A stretch of 64,000 nucleotides of DNA from Lama guanicoe (Eukaryota), in contig MU054391.1 of NCBI GenBank assembly GCA_013239625.1, positions 3,129,130 to 3,193,129 of the forward strand, read 5' to 3'. The translations under genes were made by a program, and so were the position numbers. Shown piece after piece: positions 13,819 to 22,410 of this stretch; positions within the stretch are counted from its first letter, which is position 1; each line of letters opens with the position of its first letter. Under the pieces are notes generated by a model that saw nothing but the letters and a program-made list of their open reading frames with translations, was not told where the DNA came from and ran no database searches.

Positions 13819-14040
13819 CTCTTTTGGAGGGGGCTTTATTATTATTTTTTAATGTGAATCTTTTTTTTGGTGGGGGAGGTAATTAGGTATATGTATATGT
13901 ATATATATGTATGTGCACATATGTGTGTGTGAATGTGTGTGTGTATAGATATGTATATTTTAAATGGGTACCAGGGATGGAATCCAGGACCTCATGCATG
14001 CTAAGCACACATGCTACCGCTGAGCTATACCCTCCTGCCC
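13819..14040 (-). mobile_element. Camelid tRNA-Ala-derived SINE (Vic-1 type) with internal (TA/TG)n expansion
   Basis: Minus strand reads ggagggtatagctcagcggtagcatgtgtgcttagcatgcatgaggtcctggattccatccctggtacc...cctaattacctccccc. TSD aggacccgaatttt (13805) / aggacctgaatatt (14041). Confidence 0.9.
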
Positions 14041-14730
14041 AGGACCTGAATATTTTGATGTCATCCTGAAATGAGACTCTTATAAAGCTTGTTCTTAGAG
14101 CCTTCAATCAATAGCTATTCCATTTTTTTTTGGCTGATTTAAAATCCGTGTTCTTGATAAAAGATAAAATAGTGGTATCTCATGGTGGGTGGTGAGGGAG
14201 TGGTGTGGAAGCACTGAAAATTGTGGCTTTTTCCTGTGTAACTTTCACTGCGATCCAAAGAAGCACCTCCACTTCCTCACATTTCGTCCGTCCATCTGGT
14301 CTTCACATGTGTCTGGGACAAACTTGCAGGGCCCCAGGTCCCACCCCTTTCCGTACGTCGCAGTGTCTGCCAGGGAGGCGGTGGGATTTCCTGGATGAGC
14401 GTCTGGTCCACCTCTGGTGGCAGAAACTGGCATCAGACCCCAGGAAGGCCATCCTATTCCTCAGGAGCAGGGCGGCCACCAGGCCTTCATTACACGTCTA
14501 GTTTTCTCTACGAGCCTCACTGTTTCCTAGGTGTTGGGTCTTCCCCTCTTTGCAAAGCTAACGTCCACCTGCCGATCATCAGACACTTCTCCCAAAGCAA
14601 CCAAGAGTCATTCTTCCTGAAGTGGCAGCCCTTCAAAGCAAGACTCTGGCGTTCCTGCGACAGGTGTGCAGGGGTGGGAAGGGAGCCGTCTGTGCCCGAG
14701 TGTCGTGCCTTTTCATGCTCATTGTCCTGT

Positions 14731-14857
14731 TTTTCCTGGAAGTACTTCTTTGGTTTTCTTTGGTGGGGTGGTAATCAGGTTTGTTTGCTGTTTAATGGAG
14801 GTGCTGGAACCGTCTGCGTGCTAAGCACACACTCTACCACCGAGCTGCCCTCCCCCG
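14731..14857 (-). mobile_element. Camelid SINE with internal deletions
   Basis: gtgctaagcacacactctaccaccgagctgccctccccc and ggtaatcaggttt tail motif. Perfect 12-bp TSD tcattgtcctgt at 14719 and 14858. Confidence 0.85.
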
Positions 14858-15521
14858 TCATTGTCCTGTCTTTTGCTGACAGAGGTTTTGCTTTCCCCTT
14901 TGCAGCTCCTTTCCCAGGCCCTGGGAGGACAGAGTCACCCTGGGAGGAGTGTGACGGACCGCCGGGTGCCTGGTGGTTGAAGAACTGGCATGTTCAGTGC
15001 TGGTGGCAGCGACGGTGCCCAGCGTGTGGTTTTTTTCAGGCACCACGTAACTCCAGGGTTACCTGTCAACAAGAGCTTCCTCTTTCATGAAACGTCCTGA
15101 GAACAGACTCCATTTCTTAAAGCGTCACTTAGACCTTTTTGAAAATGAAAGAGGGGTGTGGACGCCCCTGGCACTGAGTGAGTCTTTGCTTTCAGCATGT
15201 CTCTCATTTCTGGTATGAAAGGATATTTCAGGCTCAGAATGTATCCACTCTACCTCACTCTGGAATCACCATGACACAAAAAGCATCATCTCCATTGTTT
15301 TTCTTGGAACTCTGTTACCAAAACGACCTGCATTAAGTGAAACTGAAGATCTTTAGATTTAAGACCATTTAAGTCTGATTCATTTCTAGTTTTAAGAAAA
15401 TTCAGTCATCTAACCTTTCTCTGACTACATCCTATAGCTGAAACAGCTTTAAAAATATTTATTTATTATTGTATTGTTTTAAAAATTATTTTATTTTGGC
15501 CAGGGGTAGGTACAGCCATTA

Positions 15522-15530
15522 TTGTTGTTG

Positions 15531-15570
<40 letters not shown>

Positions 15571-15593
15571 TACTACTACTACTACTACTACTA
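15522..15593. repeat. Compound trinucleotide microsatellite (TTG)4(TTA)12(CTA)8
   Basis: Read and counted directly. Confidence 0.95.
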
Positions 15594-15799
15594 CTGCCAT
15601 TATTCCAATTCCAACAGAATTGAGGGTCTTAAATGTCCACAAAGTTCCTGCCCGTGGCATTGCATACAGTGCAATAACATAAGAAAGACTTTCTCCCCAA
15701 GATTTGAAGGCTACAATACTTAACAATCAGAGACTGTTACTGGAAGTTTAATTCAGACAAACACTTTATCTCTGCCAGGTAAGGGTTTAAGTTCAAGGG

Positions 15800-16100
15800 T
15801 GGACAGACAGGGGCCGGGGAGGGGCCCTCCCCAGGCAGGACCGCGCCGCGGCAGTGGGTGGCCCCACGCGGGCCTGATGCCGGTCCCCACACTCGCCGGC
15901 CGGCGGGATTCCGGCACCTGGACGCCCACGAGGGCTTAGGGGCCCGCTCTTCATAATCTGAGGCTTCTCTCTTGATAAAACCAGCGGCTGCTTCACGTAG
16001 ACTGTGCAGCAAAGGAGGGAGAGAGAGGCCGTGCGACGCAGGCGGCAGGTCCGCTCTTGGTCTTACTTAGAAGAGTAAGCGGTGGGCCTGAAGGACCCGT
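15800..16100. promoter_or_regulatory. Short CpG-rich patch (candidate regulatory element)
   Basis: Dense CpG (ccgcgccgcgg, ctcgccggccggcggg, gtgcgacgcaggcggc) between AT-rich flanks. Confidence 0.4.
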
Positions 16101-16383
16101 GACGATAAATTAAACGTTGAATTTCTTAGTTCCTCAGAGGTGCCCAGAGCAGGGTTCCAGCACACTCCCATCACCGAATTAAACTTTCTCAGCACAAAGT
16201 ACTGTGGTTGCTTTGCAATGATTTTAACCCAAGCTCTAGACACTTTACAGGTATGTGGTAGCCAAAAACGTGTTAGTTGATAAAATAAAGACAGTTATTT
16301 CCCAAACCATAGATAGACCCAAACTGTCATGAATAAGCCTAATTAGAAGTTTTTAAAGGTGTATTTTTTTTCAGGGCATAACT

Positions 16384-16514
16384 TTGTTTTTATTTCTTTT
16401 TTTGGGGGGGTGATATTAGATTTACTTATTTACTTTAATGCAGGTACTGGGGATTGACCCCAGGGCCTCCTGCATGCTGAGCATGCACTCTACTACTTGA
16501 GCTGTTCCCTCCCC
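16384..16514 (-). mobile_element. Camelid SINE
   Basis: ggtactggggattgaccccagggcctcctgcatgctgagcatgcactctactacttgagct, preceded by a T-rich tail. Confidence 0.9.
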
Positions 16515-17377
16515 TCTGTAAGTTTATTTTTAAATTTGAAATACCTGCTTCTTTCCTTGGACGAGTTTCCACATACTGGCCTGTGCCCCTGTGGGGTTAT
16601 TCACGTCACAGGGCTCTCCGATGTTGACCAGGAGAAAGCGAAGGCGTAGCCGCACAGCCCTGCTGCAGCCAGATTCCAGGCGGAGTGTTATGGACAGAAG
16701 TTTGCTCTCCTCCACGTGGAGTGAAAGCCTCCACAACACACGGTGGCCTTAACTCACTGCGGGCTTTCGCCCCGCAAGGACAAGGGTACGATACAGAAGC
16801 TCTCCTAGAGTCCCGAGTTTCTGCCCTGGGCATTTCCAATGCACCTGGGTAACAGCCAACGAATTACAACCTATCTCAGCCTGGGTCTGAAAGCGCCGGA
16901 TCTGCGTTTTAAACCCCTGCCTTTTTCTGAGGCAAAGTGGGCCCCCCAGGCCTGCTCACACCTCTGCCCTGTTACTTCTCTCTCAGAGAGGATCCCCGAA
17001 CAAAATATTAGACCCACTCAGTAGGTCTCCTCCGTCATCTCCCGTTTTCATTAATACCGCATCTCCAAGACCGAACTGCCAGGAACCGCGATCAAGGAAT
17101 CGTGTGGTTTTGACGAAACAGACCTTCAGCGTCTGACTCACTTCAAAGACCAGCCCCGACAGAGCGGCGGAGTCGGGCCATGTAGCCCCAGTGCCGGAAA
17201 AGGGCCGCGGCGCGACTCTGAGACGGGAAGGCCTCCCTCCGCTGCGGATGCATCTGCCTTTGGCTCCTGGGTTTGTGATTTTTTTGTTCTCGTCCATTGT
17301 TTTCTAAACAACCTTTATTAAAAATGTGTGTCTGCTGCAGTGGGGAGCACTGCTAAAGGCAGGAAAAGCTACTTCTT

Positions 17378-17539
17378 CCCCCCCCCCCCTTAATTTTTAG
17401 ACTTTTTCTTTTGGGGGAGGTAATTAGGTTTGTTGATTTTTTCTTCTTTTTTTTAATGTAGATACTGGGGATTGAACCCAGGACCTCCTTCATGCTAAGC
17501 ATGCGCTCTACCACTGAGCCATACCCCACCGTCCCACCC
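17378..17539 (-). mobile_element. Camelid SINE
   Basis: gggggaggtaattaggttt...tactggggattgaacccaggacctccttcatgctaagcatgcgctctaccactgagccatacccc. 18-bp TSD with one mismatch: caggaaaagctacttctt (17360) / caggagaagctacttctt (17540). Confidence 0.95.
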
Positions 17540-19384
17540 CAGGAGAAGCTACTTCTTAATTCCCTCCTGACCTGCTCTCCTCTGCTCCCCCAGCCCGGCT
17601 GCTGGGATGCGGGGAGCTCAGATCACAGCACCTCCCCGCACGAGGGGGCCGCGCTCACACCACCACAGCCGGCCGGGCAGGCGGCAATTAGGTCACGTCT
17701 GGAGAGCGGGCCAGGGGAGCAACTTGCAAATGATGTGAGGAAAGGCTCTGCAGGGACCCGCGCTCTGAAGAGGTGCGCTGGTTGGAGATGCGGGCGTCTT
17801 GGAAGCGCAGCCCGTGCAGGGTGCAGAGACTGTTCGGGCTGGAAGGGCACCGGCTTGTGGCACGCCATCTGATGGGGGCCTCGTGTCCCGGGGGCACTTC
17901 TCCCTGCTTCCGTGCCCTGTGGCCTCAGCCAGGCAGGCCTGGACGCATTATGCATGGATGAGCCGCTGCTCACGTGCCGGGGAGGCTCTGGGATGCTCGG
18001 CTGTGTGCCTTTGTGGGGGAGGGGAAGGGCAGGGGGAGGGGCCGAGGGAAGGTTGCGGTCTAGAGGTTTCCGTGAATAGTAACACCCAAAATGAGAATAA
18101 ATATGGAAGCAGAGGAGCTCTGGGGAAAAGTAAGACGCTTATAAGACTAGAAGCCTGACCTAAGCTAAGTCTTTTTTTTTTTTTCCCCTTTCCTCTCCAT
18201 CCTCTCTCCTCTCCTGACCCCATCCCTTCCCCGCCCCCAGAAGCCCCTACCGTGGGGAACTAGCGTCCACTTGGGGAGAGAGAAGATGGCAGGATATTGA
18301 TCCCCTTTCATAAAGCGTGCATGTAATGGAATGCTTGCCAAGTTTATTAAGGAAGCTTTAAATTCACGTTTCGGTGGATGATAGGGAGAAGGCGTCAGAC
18401 GGTAGAGCGCTTGCTGCAGGGGTCAGTGAGTGACAAATCCTGCCATGCACGGGAACTACGAGCTGCTGTTTTCTCCGGAGACAGACGGGGGTTTAAAATC
18501 CCATGTGGGAGGGAGGTATTAACAAATGCGTTTAGTCATATGAGTTAAAAAAAAAAACAAAACCCTGTTGGTGAGGAAACTGAAGATAATGGTTGATTAT
18601 AACTGGTGATTCCACAGGGTGAAATGAAATCTCTCGGCCAACTAAAATGGGCCAACAAGAGTCATCACCACAGGGACCAAGGTACCCCTCTTATAAGGCC
18701 CTAAAGGGCTTGCATGCTAGATGACAAAGCCGATTTGTCAATGTCCACACAGTCGAGGTGAACATCAGATATTATAGTATGAACCGTGCTCGTATGTTGC
18801 AAAGGAAAGGAATATGGAATATGAACCCATACATTTCACACTCACATGGAAAAAAAAATGTGGATTATTAAGCAGATGATTTGAAAGTAAGGATTTCTTT
18901 CCCAGCAGAAAGCTGCGTTTCTAAGAGCGCCTAGTAAACTAAATGTAATTGTTTTTGTTGACCAGGGACTACGCTAGAAAATGGAAGAAAGGTGAGCGTG
19001 GGCTCTGCCTGCATCCCGACATGCGAGCACACGTGCTGGGCCTTGATTCAGCGAGACGTTCAGAAAACGCCTTCCTTCTGTGCACACGCTGAGAAAATGC
19101 AGTTGAAGGAAGGGGTGCTCGGATTTGTGTCTGCCTGAAGAACCATCCTCTCAATATTCTGATTCATGAATTTACGTCCACCAGATGATAAAGTGACCTA
19201 GCAGTGGGTCACTTGTTCTGTCTTGTTTGAAATTTTTATTGGTGAAGTTGACAACAGCATGTTTCAGGTTTTTGGGGGAGTTGTTTGTTTTTTTTTAAAT
19301 AGGGGAAAAAATAAACATACATTTTCTGATATCTTTAAAGCGTATCATTGTCACATGATAAAATCTATATACCCCTGAAGTTTG

Positions 19385-19518
19385 TATTTCTTCTTTTTTT
19401 GGAGGAGGAGGGAGGTAATTAGATTTATTTATTTATTTTGAAGGAGGTACTGGGGATCGAACCCAGGACCTCCTCCTGGAAGCTAGCAGACCCCCTGACC
19501 CTGAGCTCTACTCTCCCC
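19385..19518 (-). mobile_element. Camelid SINE with divergent head
   Basis: gggaggtaattagatttatttatttattttgaaggaggtactggggatcgaacccaggacctc. The tRNA 5' half is strongly altered and no TSD was seen. Confidence 0.8.
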
Positions 19519-20151
19519 GCTGCCCGCCGGGGGTCACGTGCCAGCTCTGGTGCTGAATTGCGATGATGAGCCGACCTCGGGCCACTGGGACCCTCCTCTC
19601 CTCCTCCGTTGGCCTGAACCTTGTTCTCTTAATCCTTCGCTGAACGGGCACTCCTAAACTGTCTTTCACGATGGCGAAAGACCAGCCGCTAGGGTTTTCA
19701 GTGTGTAACACGGGGTCGGTCCAGCCCTGCGAGCAGAGCGCTCTACCAGGAAGACCACTGAGCTTGATTCAGGGCCGGGTGCCTCAGATGACCCTGGGCT
19801 GTGGGGAGCGGCCTTTCGGCCCCGCACAGCCCCTCGCCTCTTGATGCCGTGTCTCGTGCCTCCCTAGGGGCCACCTGCGCGGCCCCTCCTCGCTGCTGGC
19901 CCTCTGCCATGGTCGGGCCCCTGGCCTAGCTCTGCGTCTCTCCTCCCGACCTCCTTCCTCAGCCGCTTCTCTCCCGAAACCTACAAATGGCTTTTGAGTC
20001 GTTGAGAGCGCCGCCTTCCCGACTCACCCTCGGGCAGGGGGCTCCAGCCTCCCTCCCACTCACTGCTCTTCCTAAACCACCACAGTTCTTCTGTCATTTG
20101 AGAAAGCGAGCATTCAGCATCCAGGCCGGTTTTATATTTACTGATTTTTAA

Positions 20152-20323
20152 AATAAATATATTTATTTGTATTTACTTATTTAAATTAAAAAATATATAT
20201 TTTGCTAGAGAGGGGAAGTAATTTGGTTTATCTATTTATTTGTTTGCATGGAGGTACTGGGGATGGACCCTAGGACCTCGTGCATGCTAAGCATGTGCTC
20301 TACCACTGAGCTACACCCATCCC
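20152..20323 (-). mobile_element. Camelid SINE
   Basis: ggaggtactggggatggaccctaggacctcgtgcatgctaagcatgtgctctaccactgagctacacccatccc. Perfect 14-bp TSD ttactgatttttaa at 20138 and 20324. Confidence 0.95.
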
Positions 20324-20355
20324 TTACTGATTTTTAACAGACAGCTCCATCAAGT

Positions 20356-20384
20356 ACACACACACACAAACACACACACACACA
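20356..20384. repeat. (CA)n microsatellite
   Basis: acacacacacacaaacacacacacacaca. Confidence 0.9.
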
Positions 20385-20421
20385 TTTTTTATAGACAAAG
20401 CCATCTGTCCAGGTTACTAGA

Positions 20422-20660
20422 AGCAATATAGTGTAGTACCTAAATTCATACGTTTTAGAGCCAGAATGTCTGTACTTGAATCCCTCATCTCACCTCTTTG
20501 CCATCTGTGCATCTTGAGCAAGTCATTTAACATTTCTCCGCCTCAGTTTTGGCATCTGTAAAATGGGAATGCTTTTGTTACCCAGTTTAACTTGATTTGC
20601 TTCCTGTGCTGCACTTAGAACAGTAACTAGCACATCATGAACACTAAGCATATATCAACT
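20422..20660 (+). mobile_element. MIR, near full length
   Basis: ttagagccagaatgtctg...cttgagcaagtcatttaac...gcctcagttttggcatctgtaaaatggg...gcacttagaacagtaactagcacat. Confidence 0.85.
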
Positions 20661-20739
20661 TTTGGGTTTACAGTTCTGTCCACAACCTGTCCATGTGAAG
20701 AGGATAGACTTAGTAATTCACAGGGATATAAATGTTTTG

Positions 20740-20860
20740 CTAATCTTTACTGAGCACTGACTGTGTCTTAAGTACTGTGCTAAGCACTTGACATGGATTA
20801 AATTATGCACGTTTAATGGTTCCTCCAAAGTTAGGAAAACTAGGCAGCCTCCAAGAACAA
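20740..20860 (-). mobile_element. MIR 3' fragment
   Basis: tttactgagcactgactgtgtcttaagtactgtgctaagcacttgacatggatta. Confidence 0.6.
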
Positions 20861-21482
20861 TTTTTTTCATCTACAACATGGACACAACGCCTTTTTTGAA
20901 TTTTAGAACCATTCAAGTGAGGCTAGCTAAAGTGTAGGCATAAGTATTTACTACCTTGGAATTACTGCTGCCATGGTTGTTAATTTTGCCCTTGTTACTA
21001 TTATTACTAACAGCAACTTATTTTTTTGAGAGTGAAAAGAGATTGTGCCAATAATCCACAGCATCCTCCTCCACAAACGGCGGCTGAAATAATGACGCCT
21101 GTGTAGTTATTCTTCCCGGTCGGGGGGGACATTTGCTCCTCCCCTCCTGACGAAGAGAGCACTTAGGCAGCCCATCCAGCAAAGATAAGAGAATTTATCC
21201 TTTCTCTTAAAACAACACCAGTATTTCAATATGTGGGATGTTTTAATTTTTTCAGACCTGGATAGCCTGAAATTTTTTGATTAGATAATTGAAGAAATTA
21301 AGTTGAAGTTCACGTTAATAATGGGGAGGAAGAAAAAAAGGGCAAAAAAGCATAAAATGACATCCTGCAAACCTAGCTAGTCAGGGCTGATTTAAAATTG
21401 CTTCTCCATGAAGGCAGCTGGAACACAGATGAGCGTTTCCTCAGCTCTAGGGAACCTTGGACCATAAACCAGGGTTTAAGAG

Positions 21483-21832
21483 TGGCCTCTGGTTTTTTTT
21501 GTTGTTGTTGTTATTTATTTATTTCTTCCAGGAACAATATAAGGGGCTCCAATTAGTTGCAGGTGCAAATAGTATGCATGCAGTTAATTGTCTTCAAATG
21601 GTTAATTATCGGCCGAATTGGCTAATTCGGGGTGCAATTAACTACTTGCCACTTATTCTGAGAATGCCCGTAGACAATTGTGTCTGCAATTAATTTACAA
21701 GAGCCATTACAGTGAAAACCTTGAGCTATAAATCCAAGAATAGAGTGGGAGAATTTTTCTTTTTTCTCTGAAGCAGGATTTCACTCTGGGTTAATTGCAC
21801 TGACTCTTTCCTTTGGCTTTTCTCTGCAGGTT
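21483..21832. mobile_element. MER121 ancient conserved repeat, near full length
   Basis: ccaggaacaatataaggggctccaattagttgcaggtgcaaatagt...gctaattcggggtgcaattaactacttgccacttattctgagaatgcccgtagacaattgtgtctgcaattaa...gttaattgcactgactctttcctttggctttt matches the MER121 consensus as recalled. An internal inverted repeat is present. Confidence 0.8.
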
Positions 21833-22229
21833 GACTGTAAATGGGGTTTTCTACGAGTTGCTGACGTGAGTTGAGCAGACCTGCTGGCGAGGGAAACCCT
21901 GAAAGAACAGAGAAGCCAGTGTCCACTCACGGAAGCCTGGGCAGGGCCCGGGAGCTGCCGGGTCTGCAGGGCCAGCACTGCTGTGCTGGGTTCCTGCTGA
22001 TTGGTTTTATCTGTTTGTTTATTTATTTCTGTTCCTTTCCTGACATAGCCAAGCAAGAGCATTTGCAGCCGTGGACTCCTCACATCTTTCTCAACATGTT
22101 CAGTGTCTCTAGTAAACAACCGATTTTTAAAGCTATTCTATTTCTGTATTTATGAGCAGAGACCAACAGTCCAGCAGCTCCTATAAGCCATCATAAGTAT
22201 AGTTTTTAAATTTTAAATAGGCCAACCAC

Positions 22230-22410
22230 TGAGCTAAATACTGCAACTACATTATTTTATTTAATCCTCAAAATAACCCTAGCTATGAGGCACTCTGATT
22301 GTTCCTGTTTCGCTCGTAAACTCAGAAGAGGTTTGGTGACTTGCAGGAAAGTGGCGGAGCTGGGCTTGAACCGCTCCTGGGACTCCAAGCCCTGGGTCCT
22401 CGCAGCTCGG
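22230..22410 (-). mobile_element. MIR fragment
   Basis: ttatttaatcctcaaaataaccct...ctcagaagaggtttggtgacttgc...agtggcggagctgggcttgaacc...gactccaagccc. Confidence 0.75.

Noticed and set aside
14395..15090. Longest ORF (231 aa)
   Set aside because: Runs antisense through a SINE; no recognisable domain; composition typical of random GC-rich frames.
15466..15726. Poly-Tyr and poly-Ile/Val ORFs
   Set aside because: Translations of the trinucleotide microsatellite.
17455..17530. tRNA-Ala(AGC)-like sequence on the minus strand (also in the other six SINE copies)
   Set aside because: Embedded in SINE bodies with A-rich tails and TSDs, with stem-disrupting substitutions; SINE heads, not tRNA genes.
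19558..19650. Box C (atgatga) with downstream ctga motifs, suggesting a C/D snoRNA
   Set aside because: No convincing terminal stem and no recognisable rRNA/snRNA guide; these short motifs occur by chance.
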